Shown here piece by piece: positions 1-12,394 of a stretch of DNA of 64,000 bases. The stretch comes from the human T2T-CHM13v2.0 reference genome, Homo sapiens. Where the stretch lies: assembly GCF_009914755.1 (NCBI RefSeq), contig NC_060934.1. One strand, 5' to 3'. A program made the position numbers and the translations under genes. The notes beneath the pieces were generated by a model. It worked only from the letters and a program-made list of their open reading frames with translations, searched no databases and was not told the origin of the DNA. Position 1 is the stretch's first letter. Each line of letters starts with the position of its first letter.

Positions 1-90
1 TTGCCTGCCATGAGCAACAAGAACCAACCGAATCAAACCAAACTGGACAAAAACATCTCCAATGGTGAGTCAGTTGGTTTGAATTGGGGA

Positions 91-288
91 TAGGGCTGCC
101 AGATAAAATACAGAATGCCCATTTAGAGTTAATTTCAGATAAACAACCAATACTAAAATGACTAAAAACAGCAAAAAATACTTTTGAACAGTCCCAGGCA
201 ATATTTGGGACATACTTACACTTAAAATTTTTTTGTCATTGCTTATCTGGGACCCTTGTATTTTTATGTGCTTGAGCTTACAGCCCTA
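91..288. mobile_element. MER53 hAT-type MITE
   Basis: Terminal inverted repeats TAGGGCTG (91-98) and CAGCCCTA (281-288); internal CCAGATAAAATACAG...TTTCAGATAAACAAC...GCAATATTTGGGACATACTTA as in MER53; 8-bp flanks ATTGGGGA/AGTGGGGA (7/8 match) fit a hAT TSD. Confidence 0.85.
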
Positions 289-734
289 AGTGGGGAAAGC
301 CTGCTATGACTGAGAACAGAGTCAGAGGGACCGAAAGAGGAAAGACGAGCTGACTGGCCGAGTTCACTTTGTTTTTAAACTTTGCTCTCATTCTTTTTCA
401 TCCGGTTTGGGTACACTGAGTAATGCGAGGCTGAAGGCCTGGAACCTGACTGCCTCTGTTTGGATGCATGAGTGTGGGGTGTGGGTGGTGGTGGGAGGCC
501 TTGCATTTCTGGAGCTGCCTAATGCTTCCTCATTCTTCTGGGTGTGGGGCCAGCAGTGGGAGGGATTGGTTACAACAGAAGCCAAGATATTATATGGTCT
601 TCCTTTTAAATAACAGAACATACAAAATCCTACTTTCTTTTCTGAATAAAAAAGTAATAATGTGAGTAGGCAGGGAATGTGTCTGGCCAAAATACCAATT
701 TATAATGATCATTGTGGAAAACTTCCGAATAAGA

Positions 735-832
735 AAGAAGAAAATTCAGTCACTCAGAATCCCATCACCCAGAGAAAAGCACTGTTAGCATGTTAGCATT
801 TCAGCATATTTCCTTCCAGTCTTTTTTCCCAT
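735..832 (-). mobile_element. old L1M (L1ME/L1MC-like) fragment
   Basis: AATCCCATCACCCAGAGAAAAGCACTGTTAGCAT...TATTTCCTTCCAGTCTTTTTT resembles the antisense 3' region of ancient L1M. Confidence 0.5.
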
Positions 833-2334
833 GGTTCTTTTGTTCTTTTAACTGTAAAGTCTGGAATCCCAAGTCAAAGTGGCCCCCTTTTCAGAAGCAT
901 AGAGAATGTTGGGGTTCGAGCGGGAGCTCAGTGATATTAAAGTGCTGTCAGCTGGCCCAAGCTCTCCTAGGATATCTGGAAGGGTTCTCACTTTTTGGCC
1001 CTCATTGGGGATTGCACCAGGCTCTCTTAATGGCCTATAAACTGTGTTAGGAGTCTTTTGCAAACACAATTTAATTGGGAATTCTAACATATGTAACAGA
1101 TAAAAAAGGGCATTTTGGCAGTCTAAATCTAATTTAGAAGTTCAAATGAATGATGTTTTAAAATCAATCAATGAGAACCATAAGACTGTTTTGAATTTGG
1201 GTTTATGAGTTACACTTGCAGCCTATAACAGCCTCAGCATCCAATTCAGGTAAGAGTATTATTTTTATAGCAGTGAACCAATTATGCTTGCAAATGGTAA
1301 TTTTAAAAAGTAGCTTACTTTGAAATGTAAGGATATTCATTAATTAAACAGTAATAAGGGAGAAAATTATTCTGATGTGTGGTCTTTAAAATTTTTTTTT
1401 CCTGTTTCTTTTTTTGGTCTGTGACAGATCAGAAAAACTGTGCTCAAAAACAAGTTGCAATACCAGATAATGCATTGGGTGTGTCTCCATTGTGTTCAAT
1501 TTTGGAAGGCATATCATTATGATAAAAATTATGTACAGTAAATAATTAATTTGAATTAAATATTTGAAGACCCCATGAGTGCCCAGAACAGCCCCAGAAT
1601 TCTAGAGAAAAGCTTGGGGGAAGCCTGCCCCTGTCCGTGGCTCTCTGGACAACAAGATTGTGTTGGGCTGACCAATGCCCAATTCAAAATTGTTGGTCAT
1701 CTTGGGATCAAGAGGCTCTTGCTGGAGGCTGAGCCCATGATATGCTCTTACACCACCACTGCTGGCCCCCAGCGTGGATGCATGTGCTTCCACAGAAGAC
1801 CGTAGATATTCAACGGTTATCTTTTCTTCACTCTGGGATAGTAATGGCTACCATTTATTGAGCATCTACTAAGTGCCAGACCCTGTGTGGTGGCTTTACA
1901 TAATTAGAAATATCCTGTGATAGAGAAATTAAGAATACTTACACTGCTCCCAGGCACAGGCATAAATGTGACTAAAGGAACATTCTGGAAAGCCTCTTAA
2001 GGTGGGGAAAAGTCTGACTGACCATAGCCAAAGGACCTTCTGGGAGGGTAGGTTTAGTAAGCCACACAGCCGTGGCTTTGATGAATGGGCTATTCCACTG
2101 CAGGATAGGCCTCTGTCCCCAGGTCCGCCCTTTATCCATCCCCCTTCCTCTCCTCTAAGTAAAACAAGATATGGCTATGATGTCACCCAGGGAATATTTG
2201 TTGAGGAATGAATGAATGGGGTAAAACAGGAGCCTCCTAGGGTGCATGTGTGTCTCGATGCAGCCTGACAGAGCATAAGCAGACCAGTAGCCTGAAGAAG
2301 GTTGATGGCTAAGGCCGCCCCTTATTCCATGTAC

Positions 2335-2628
2335 AACAGTGAGCAAGTTATGTGCACTTTCTGAAGTGCAGCTTTCTCATCTAAAAAATGGGGCAAACAA
2401 CAATAATAATGATGATAGTCAACAGTTACAGGGGATTCATCCCCTGTGCTATATGTCAGACACTGTTCTAAATATGTCACCTGCATGAACTCATTTAATT
2501 CTCACACCAACCCTCCCTATGGGGAGGTATTTTTATCACCTCAATTAGCAGATGAAGAAATAGAGATACACATGGGTTAAGATACTTGCACAGGCTCAGC
2601 TAGGCAATCTGAGTCCATTCTCTTAACT
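2335..2628. mobile_element. two adjacent MIR fragments in opposite orientation
   Basis: Plus-strand core CTTTCTCATCTAAAAAATGGGG (~2372-2394); minus-strand CTCATTTAATTCTCACACCAACCC...CAGATGAAGAAATAGAG (~2490-2565). Confidence 0.7.
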
Positions 2629-3439
2629 TTGATACTCTCCTGCTCCTACGTAAAAGGTGCATTTGGGTGTGTTCCAGAGCCATTCTCCCCTTTTCTGAGA
2701 ATTGCCCTTCACCTCCGCTGTGTCCTTGCAGCCAGGATTGTTCTATGTGATTTGTCTCCTTGAGCATGGATTGAGCCAGAGTGGACACTGAACCCAAGAT
2801 GAGTCTTCACATCCTCTCTAAGAATGTGGGTTGGGATTCCAAGATGTGCGTCAGTCTTCACTGTTTGCTTAAACTCAGGATGTTTGGAGTCAGGTAGTGG
2901 GGAATGTCTCTGTTTGGCCACATGATGTTTGAGGCAGAGAAAAGTGAGAGTTGTCTGCAGACCCAGGTGGAGACCAAATCCTCAGGTCCTCATGCTGCTT
3001 CCTCCTGAGGACTATAGTAAAGCTCTCTCTTCCCCTCCCGAGAGAGTGTGAATGGGTATCTGTTTCTTTCAAGAACAGGGGTGCAATGTGAAGATCACAT
3101 TAAACTATGTCTGTGGAAAGATATGTTCTGATCTCAAGACAAATTCTACTTTACAATGCTTTCAAAGTTAATAGGTAGTAAGCCGTTGCATGCTTTATAA
3201 TTTAGGGTTAACACTAGGATGAATCCTCTGCACTGTGTTAACCGGATAGAAGTATCCTTTATTTCATGGAGAAGACACCATGAAATACCATGAGGCCATG
3301 TCCCCACATGGGTGGTACTTGTGGACTCCAGTGAGACTCCCTAATAAAGCCCAGCTCCCCATAGACTCTCAGTCACATTGGGTTGAGTTCCATTAGTAAT
3401 GTCTGGCCACAACAAAGAAGTGGGTTCAATAGGTTGCTG

Positions 3440-3700
3440 TGGGTCCTTTGTGAAGAACTGCTAATCTCCCCCAAATTACCGCCCTTTGAATCTCTACTGC
3501 ATCCAGCTTTTTTTTTTTTTTTTGTAGATTGGCTCCATTTAAAGCGATTAAAGTGGAGATCTGATTGGATAACTTCATCCAAATTCTGTAAACGCCACTT
3601 CCGCACAAACGGTTGCTTGCAATCAATTTAATTTTTCAAATAAAATGATTAAATTGCTATTATTGTCAGATCTTTTTTTTTTAAGAAAACCTTTTAAAAT
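3440..3700. promoter_or_regulatory. candidate regulatory element (motif-dense, repeat-free)
   Basis: CTTTGAA (3484-3490), two ATTGG boxes (3528, 3564), TGATTGGAT (3562-3570), CACTTCCG ETS site (3596-3603), several retained CpGs in AT-rich unique DNA. Confidence 0.4.
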
Positions 3701-5726
3701 GTTAATTATTGGGCCCCTTGAAACACTTTCATCTTTCCCGACTTGCTCTCGAGCAGAAAATGTCTGCTTGTGCCTCACACCAACCCAAGGAAAATGCAGG
3801 CTTCCCTTTTTACACCTGCAACTATTCTCCTTAGCTCTAATATTTATGTGAATTTAACTTTAATTTTTCTGCCTTTCATCTTCTGAATTAGTCATATAAT
3901 GCACAGATCACTCCTTCACTGCTTCTTTCCTGTTTATTTGCCTTAACAATAGATTCATTAACTAGATTTGGGTGCTCAAGCCATGTAACCACATCCATTT
4001 CAAAGGAAGATTTAATGGCATTTCATATTTTTCTACATTAAGGAAGATTAAAGTATATTACAATACCCTTTACTGCCCTATTTTCTTCATTTTAAAAGTG
4101 GTCAGTTTTAAAATTTTTTCCCTCTCTTTCTTTCATCTGCAGTGTTTGATAAATTGTCCAGGCCTTTCAGATGATAGTCCCAGCAAATTGAGTTCTATAT
4201 TACAACTCGGACGCATTGTTTAGCCCATCAGCAGTCAGATAAAGCACCCCTATTCACACAGGACATCAAAAGAACAAATATATGTTCGAAGTGGGTAAAA
4301 AGAGGACTGAGACTCGGATATTTCATTTTCTTAATTGTTAGTGATTATTTGGCTAGTTTCAGAGTGATCACTGTGCTGACTCTGAACCTAGACTTACTTG
4401 CCTGATGTAATTGTGGTGTGAAATTCACATCCACATCTACGTAGACCTAGATATATATTCATGACCACAAATTACACCATTGGCAGACAGGGCAGGTGCA
4501 TCACCTTTAATAGCCCAAGGGGCCGTCATACTAACATTTTAATAGCAGGCAGTAATGTGAAATGCAAGATCCGGACTCATGCCTTTTTATTTTAGCCATG
4601 TACCAGCTCGCAAAATAGTCAGGGGACTGGAAGGCATTCTCAGGCTAGAACAAGGGAGATATTAAAATTTAAGCTTTTTTATTTTTATTTTTTGTAAGGC
4701 AGAGGAGGTCAAGGTTATTGGGCACCCCTTAGGCTGAAGTTTCATTCAGGCGTGCCATCTATCAGCCCAGTTCGTTGAGGGAGCCCTCCCCCATCTCAAT
4801 AAATGCAGCATAACCTTGCTTGACACTGAGTCTAAACAAAGTTTTGGGATGTTGGTAAGATGTGGGAGGAAAGGGCAGAAGACAGATTTTACGACAGTAC
4901 AATCATGGGGTGTAGGTTTTAGGCAATAAGCAGGTAGCCTAGTTTTCTCAAAAGAAAAAAGAAAATAATGGAAAAGTGTAACGTTCATTCAGAGGCCTCA
5001 AAGGCATAAAAAACCCAATTCCAACTGTTATAGGTCCCTGCAGGAGTCTACAAAAGAACTAAGCTTTTTAAGTAAGAAAACTAGATTCTGGCCCACAGGG
5101 CCCTGTCATTGCTGCTTAATGGATGAAACTCTTTGGATATAAATATGCTGTTTACTTCTCAGCTTCAGCTTTCATAAAATATAACCTTTTTATGATTTAC
5201 AACCCACAGAAAAACTGGAGGATGGATTTTTAGCTCTGAATTGGTTGGATGTCAACAAGAAAAATATAGATAACATATCGAAGTAGCAGGGTGTTAATGC
5301 CACACAAAATGATGAAATTATTTTTGTTTAGAAAAGTTAAGTTTGTTCTTAAAGTTGTTGGGAGATGGTGGTTGTGAGAGGCAAGGCTGATGCAAACCTG
5401 TGGAAATGTCTCTCATTTTAAAGTCCTCGTCCAGTGCCTCACAAGTTTGGACATACCGACTTCAGTTCCCAATTGGTAATGTCTTATTGAAAAGTCTGGG
5501 CTAATCACAGATTTTTCAAAAATGGGAATGGTCGTTCTTGGTCTAAATCACTCAGGATTTTCAAGTGCTGCATTTTGGTCCCATCTTCCAACATGAAATG
5601 TAGAAGCTGCCCTGATCCTGCAGGTGGGAGCTGATAGAACAAGTCTTTTTTTTTTTTTCCCCACAAAGATGACTGAAAAAAATGAAAAGGAAAAAACCTA
5701 GTAGGCAAACAAATAAAGCCCCCAGA

Positions 5727-5750
5727 TAAGCAAGTAAGCAAGTAAGCAAG
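5727..5750 (+). repeat. (TAAGCAAG)3 short tandem repeat
   Basis: Three exact 8-mers read directly. Confidence 0.85.
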
Positions 5751-7198
5751 CAACCCAAAGCGAAACCCTCACATCCCAAGCAACCAGAAACTCTCCCCAC
5801 TACAGACTGACAAAAGCCAATGCAGCCTTGGAAGTTCGATTGGAAAAAGATAATTTGTCTTGGTAATTTAGCATTCAGGCATCTGTATGAGCATATACAC
5901 ACACATACATATTTCTCCATTCCATTCCAGTGGCCTTTTGTTCATGTTGTTCAAGTCTTTTTTTTAATAGGACATTAAAATAAAGTTGATTTTTTTTTTT
6001 TTTATGCTTGGAGGAACAGCCTGATCCCTGAATGAATGAACCTGGAAGTCTGCCAATAGGACTGCTAGCCAAAGGGGTGAGGTTGTCAAAACTGAAAAGG
6101 TCTTCTCTTTTGACTGGTCTAAGCACTGGAGAAAGGGAATTTACTCTGCTTTTTGAAAGTTGCACTCAGCAAATTAAAATCTCATGCTCTGGAGGTTGAA
6201 GTACCAAGTTTTCAGTCTTTCCAGAACCTAGAAAGAGCTGAGCTATGAGGCTGTGCCATGGGGAGCTGTCTCGTGGTGGCCAGAATAGTCCTTCTCACCG
6301 CTGGTCTTTTGGATTTAGACAAAAGTGTCCAGTGAGAGGAACACCAATGGTACTCATTTCCTTGAGTGGCACTGCAGAGCCTGTCTCTGGGAGAGATACG
6401 TGACCCTAGAAGGTAGAATTGGCTGTGCGATTTATGGAAAAAAAGGAGCCTTGGTCAGAATTTACTGTGGAAACTTTTTCACATTTAGTGCCAGCATCCA
6501 CCTGCAGGATATCACGATTGCCTAGTGGTCTTCAGTCAACCAAGGTCCAGGACGAAACCACAGGAAGACTTTTGGCTTTCTAGTCTACGTTCCAGAGAAA
6601 TGAGGGAAATCTTCACGTGATTTATATTTGGTTAGAAGTGCCCAGGGTGGAGAGAGGGGTGTGTATTCTCAGGCAGGCCCACTCAGTCAAGTTGGCAGCC
6701 AGTGTTGGGTTCATTCAATGTTCTGTGAGCAGCGCAGAGTGCCCGAGGACTCCCAGGCCCTGTGTTGGCTGTTGGGTGGATACCAAGATCCATGTACTCA
6801 TAGTTGGTCAGCATGGGTGGCTCACTAGAAGCCAGACATGGTGTGTACCGGGTGTTTAGGCCCAGAATGGTGCTTTTCCTCCTCATGGGACTCACTTTCT
6901 AGAGGCCCCCAAGCCAATAGGCAACAGATTACAGGAGAAGGTGATCAACTCTTAGGCCCTTATGGGATCACATGGAAAGGATCCTGAATGGACCTTGAAA
7001 GGGATTGACAAGAAAGCTTGCTGGTGGGAGAAGCGATGAATGCTTCTGGCATGAGGAGAACTACCATGTGGAAACATCTGGAGGTCAGAGACACTATGGA
7101 ATAACAGAGGAACAGAAGAAGTTTGGGATGGCCAGGGCACAGAGTAGACACAGATTAAGCATCAATTCATAGTTCAAAATGGTGTTTACACATCTGTA

Positions 7199-7224
7199 GT
7201 GTGTGTGTGTGTGTGTGTGTGTGT
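7199..7224 (+). repeat. (GT)13 microsatellite
   Basis: Read directly; lies in MER5-like sequence (AAAAATGCAGATTCCTGGG at ~7264). Confidence 0.95.
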
Positions 7225-7924
7225 ATGTAATAGGGTGGCGGGTGGGGGGAGGGAGAACTCTTGAAAAATGCAGATTCCTGGGTCCTATTCAGAGAATGAG
7301 GTGGGCCCTCCAACAGCCCAGAAGACAGTGCCCCAGGCCAGAGAACATTTGGAAGGTGCATCAGAGCACATGCCCCAAAGGTAGAAGTTTGCATGAATCC
7401 CCACTTAGAGCAGGTGAGGCAGGCTCCACATTGGCCCAGATGGCATACAGGGAGCATGGCAGGCCTTAGGGAGAAGGGGTCCTGGTAACACCATGACCCC
7501 ATGAAGTACCCCTCAACCCTGCTCTGAAGAAGCTTCCAGAGCAAGCTGAGAGGCTCACTCTGTACCTAGTAAAAGCAATTTCCCCCTCTTCAGCACACAC
7601 GGGGTCCTCACCCAAACCTATGGCACAGGGAGGGACATAGCCATATTGTTGGCCTTGCTTTACCAGCTGGGGTCCAAAATGAACTTTTCCAATTTAAATG
7701 AAATAACCCCAGTCCTCATGGCTCTGATTTCAAGAATGTCCTTTGCTTTCCAGGGACCTTCCTCCCAGAAGCACACGGTTCCTTCTTAGGCCAAGAGGTT
7801 AGTCCTGGGACTGTCCCCTTCCTATGCCTTGGAGCTAATTGTCTGGATGGAGCCATGATTGCATGTGGTATCAAAAGCATCCCTGTTGTCATCATCGTTG
7901 TCATCACCATCACCATCATCACAT

Positions 7925-8112
7925 TCTTCAGAGTGCTTTTATACACATGCAGTGGCACTTAATCTCCCTAAAAGATTAGGGAGATTTAAACTTAAGACCA
8001 CCACATCTCCCTAAAAGTCCTGGAGGGCATGTGTGGTGTGGGATTTTTGTTCCCATTTTACAGATGCAGAAACTGAGCTTCAGAGGTTATGGCTTATCCA
8101 AGATTACACAGA
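7925..8112 (-). mobile_element. MIR carrying an internal 43-bp templated insertion
   Basis: CCCATTTTACAGATGCAGAAACTGAG core at ~8052-8077. Confidence 0.75.
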
Positions 8113-9459
8113 AGATGAAGCTAGCTCCCTCTGGCAAGGACGCGTAAGGAACAAGAACTCCAAGAAGTGTTTGGGCATGGAGGCAATGAACTGGGGCCTG
8201 AAACTGGAGCAATGAAACTGGGGCTTGAATATGGCTGGCTCGCTGTGCTTTTCAAGTTTAAATGAAATAACTCACTGCCTTGCAGAGAGGAATGTGCCAC
8301 CTGTCATCTGCTCCAGATGAACTAGCTGTACTTGCCTTCTCTGTGTCAGTGGGGAGGCTCCATCCAAGGGAGTGGGCACAGGCAGCACTCCTGGGGAGGC
8401 TGAAGTCTCCTTATCACCCCCAGAGCCCAGTCTGCAAATTCTGGAAGGGCAAGGAAGAATAAAGCAGGTCTGATGCAGGCTGGAGAGGTGTTAGGACTGG
8501 GCTGGGGGCTCCTCAAGCAGGGGAATCTCTTCTCTAGGATCCCGGCAACAATACCCCTTAATACCTTTCCCCGATTCCTGGGCCAAAAAAGTCTTGCCAG
8601 ACATTCTTACAGCACAGAGAGCTCAGTGTGGTCTTCCAGAGGGGTTGTCAGGCCTGTCCTGGGAGTGCATGTGAATGGATGGGAGATGAAGCTCCCTCAC
8701 TGCTGGGGGCCATGAGGTATTGGGGTGCTTGGGGCCAAGAAGGGCTTTTCCTTGTGCACCCCACGATAGTGGTAAGCAGTCTGGGCAGAATTGGAGGTGA
8801 CTTCTGTAGGCATGAAGTATCTTCTTCATGTTAGTATTCTCAATACTCAGCAAATGATAGGGGCTCAATAAGTGTTTGATTAATGCAGAGGAGGTCTGCA
8901 CGCTTGCAAGAATTCAATAGGACATAGGCTCCTCTACCCCAGCCTGTGCAGAAAACCAACCATCTCGAGTATCTGCAGACTAACAGCAGCTCATCCTCCT
9001 TGTGGCCTGCAAAAACATCCTGAAAGGATCAAATCACTTCTGGGCCACCCCTTCTGCACCCCAAGTGATGGGAATAAGAACGCCTTCCTGGCCCCTAGGG
9101 AGCAGGTGTGGGTGGGAGGGGGTGCTGAGCATTTGGACCCCAGGTGAAAGGTCATGCAGTGCAGTCATCAGAGGGCCTGGGAGGCAGCAGCCCCTGAGTC
9201 ACCATGTGCAGGGCCTCAAAAACCAAACAGGGGCAGGGAGAGCTGCTCTGAGTCAGAGGAGAAGGGGGCCTCTTTCAACTGGGGTAGAAAGGAAGACTCT
9301 CTGGAAGAGGTGGCCTTGATCTGGGCTGGGATGAGGTGGGGGAGAACTTAGCCACAAGTAATGGTGGCAGCAGTGAGGGGGAGGTGGGAGTAATGGAAAC
9401 AGCTGCAGTGGTGGTGACCAGTGGCAGCCCACACAGACAGACTCAGCGGTAGAGAGAGT

Positions 9460-9613
9460 CAGCCAGGGAGCTGCTGTCCCTAGATCTCACTATCTTCATC
9501 TGAAAATGGGGATCATGAGGTGTCCCTTCACACCTCCAGCCAGGGAGCTGCTGTCTCTAGATCTCACTGTCTTCATCTGAAAAGGGGGATCATGAAGTGT
9601 CCCTTCACACCTC
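9460..9613 (+). repeat. 77-bp tandem duplication (2 copies) containing a MIR core
   Basis: Units 9460-9536 and 9537-9613 differ at 4 of 77 positions; each has CTCACTRTCTTCATCTGAAAAKGGGGAT. Confidence 0.92.
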
Positions 9614-9879
9614 GCAAACACAGTTGGGATGGGAGTTGTTTTCTTCCTTGGTTAAAATAGTTCATGTTTTGTTTTCGTTCTTTTCCGGTGTATATTTCTG
9701 AATGACAGCCCGAGGGGGCTAAATCAATATTTGTTAAACTCCTGAATAGGGGTGTGGGGCTTGTAGGGCCTGCAGGAGAGATGTGGTTAGAAGGGATCAG
9801 GAAGCCCTGCAGGCCTAAAGCCTAGAAATGAGATGACAGCTGGAATCCATGGGCGTCAGTCAAAGGAGGTGAGATGGGA

Positions 9880-10210
9880 TAGAAGCAAATGGGAGTCAGG
9901 TAGTCTGGGGCCTGTTCCCGTTCCACCAGCGTTTTGAGGGTGACTTTGGGTAGGTTTCTGAGCCAGTTTCCTTGGCTAGAAAAGGAAGAGTTTGGCCAGA
10001 TGGTCTACAGAAGGCACTTCCAACTTTGATGTTCTAAGAATGTATTTGATGCCGAACTACTGTGGACCAGAACCTGCTCTCTGCCAGGCCCTGTCACTTG
10101 GGCCATCATGCTGTAAAAAAGGCATGTCCCCATTTTACAAGCGTGGAAACTGAGACTCAGGGTGCAGATATGGTTGTCTTCAAATCCAGCACTAGGTCCT
10201 TCTCTACCAT
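9880..10210. mobile_element. MIR (+, ~9880-10040) and MIR (-, ~10120-10210)
   Basis: GTGACTTTGGGTAGG...CAGTTTCC...AGATGGTCT and CCCCATTTTACAAGCGTGGAAACTGAGACTCAG. Confidence 0.65.
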
Positions 10211-11369
10211 GTCAGTGGTCATAACCACATTAACCAAAATAGGTGCCAACGTGCCAAGTTATAGACTGGAACTTTTGGAGGAATCACAGAGTGGGATCCC
10301 ACATTACCTGGTACTGAGAAGTTATGCCAACAGCCTCATGAGATGCAGAGTGGAGAGCGCTGTCAGGGGCCTGTGGGGCATGGGCCTTCCTGGGCCAGAG
10401 GATCGAGGGACCAGATGATCCTGTCTTCTGCTTACTCCAGGACGTGGTTAGTCTTGGAGAAGTAAGACACGGTTACTCAGCGGATGCTTGTCATAGCTCA
10501 GATCGGCCCAAATGCAAGGCCCCTGACATGGGGCTAGAAGTCAGCCAAGCTGTTTCAAAATAAAAACCCCACATTCTTACCCTTTTCCTCTTGGAGTTCT
10601 TTCATCTGGGCTCGGAGAGGAGACTTTTCTAAGTGGGAGCTCAAATTCATATCTGGTATGGCTTCATAGGTTGAACTTTGGGAAAATCCATCCCCGTTCA
10701 GTTGTCCTCAGAATCCCAGACCCAATTTTCCAAATCTAGTTAGTACCCAAAAGGAACAGTTGGTAGGAAAAAAAAATCTTAGTGCTTTAATTAAACATCC
10801 ATGTTTGGCTTGTGTTTGGGGGCATATTTTTGCATCTTAAAATGTTTCTCTTCTCTTTGTAGTTGGGCTTTTCTTATAAACAGAGCTGGCTCAGAGTCAC
10901 ATTAATTTAATTTTATCTGTGATCCACATCAGCCTAGAATGCTATTAATTCGGATTTGACTGCCAGCAGAAAACAGCATTCACTAATATCCACTTTTTAG
11001 CTAGGTAATTGTGTAGTAATTAGGATGCGTGTTGTACATAATCTTGATTTAAATAATTCTTGCTTAGTTTTTTGTCTACATAGATAAAAAAGCTATTTTG
11101 TCAGTATTTTGGGAGTAGGAAATCATCTTGATTATTTTAATCAAAATCAGCATTTGTGAATTGTGGCATTCTTTTGGGAACAATTAATCTACAAGGCAGA
11201 GATTTGTCTCTCTGCCCTGCGTTGTAGATCCGTTGAGAATGCATTAAGATAGAGCAGAAGTGCCAGTCTCGAGGCCTCAAAGACACGCACCTCTGGCCTG
11301 ATCTCTAGGTCTTGGGGGCCTGATAGTTAACTTCAGAGACAGTTCTATGTGATCTCAAGTCCTAGCTCT

Positions 11370-11480
11370 GCCACTTTGGAGCTGGGACTTTGAGCAAGCA
11401 CTTAACATGATTGTACCTCAGTTTCCTCATCTGTAAATGGAGGTGGTTGCTGTCTATGTGGAGATTAGATGTGATGACAC
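11370..11480 (+). mobile_element. MIR
   Basis: CTTTGAGCAAGCACTTAAC...CCTCAGTTTCCTCATCTGTAAATGG. Confidence 0.8.
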
Positions 11481-11564
11481 ATAGTTAGAGAATGTCAGAT
11501 TCCACCCATTGTTATTTCTTTATGCTTTTGTCACTAAGAGGCAGCATCTCACAGGGATTTACAG

Positions 11565-11737
11565 CAGAAGTCAGTAAGCTTTTCCTATGAAGAGTCAGAT
11601 AATATTTTAGGCTTTGCAGGCTGTGTTCTCTCTGTTGAAGCTACACACTCTGCCTTGGTAGCTCAGAAGCAGCCACAGAGAATACATAGATGACCAGGTG
11701 TGGGTTTGGTCCACGGGCCATAGTTTGCCAAGCTCTG
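11565..11737 (+). mobile_element. MER58A (hAT-Charlie), internally shortened, inserted in a MIR
   Basis: CAGAAGTCAGTAAGC...AATATTTTAGGCTTTGCAGGC...GCAGCCACAGA...CACGGGCCATAGTTTGCC...CTG follows MER58A; MIR-like sequence resumes at ~11750. Confidence 0.75.
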
Positions 11738-12394
11738 GTCTGGTGCAAGGCTTTGGAATCCAACAAATATAATTTGGAATCTGGTCTGACACTCAGCTGT
11801 CATATGTGTCCTTAGACAAAGTATGTAACTTCTCATTTTTCCATATCAACCAACAAGCCTGGAGTGGTGATTAGGTGAAGTAATGAAGGAAAAGCTTGCA
11901 GCGCAGCCACGCACATCACTCAATAAGGAGGCACTAATATCCTCACCTTGGCCTGCTTCCTGAGCACGGAAGCCAGAATCCAATTCCATATTGGCCAAGA
12001 TCCTGCACATCTATAATGCTAAGAAGCTTCAAGGATCTTATTAGCACTGGGAGGTTGGGGTGAGGCTTGTAAATACACTAAGTAGGATGGGTAATAGTTA
12101 ACCTAGTTAACCTAGACAGGTATCTCAAAGCGCCTCGGTGATTGTTTCTATAAACCTTGCTCCAAAGAGAGTTTCTTGCTGTGTATCTGTTGTCATTCAG
12201 TTCTAAGCATTCTTTTAATGAACTCTTTCAACAGATCCTAATATTTTACCCTGTGTCCTTCTTGTTTCTTTTTTTATGTTTTAAGTTTATTTACAAACAT
12301 ATCTAGTATGTCATAGGAGTTCGAGTTTGATCCATTTTTCAAAGAGCTTGTACCTCTCCATTATTTGTTAAACGGATGAATGAAAACATCCTTA

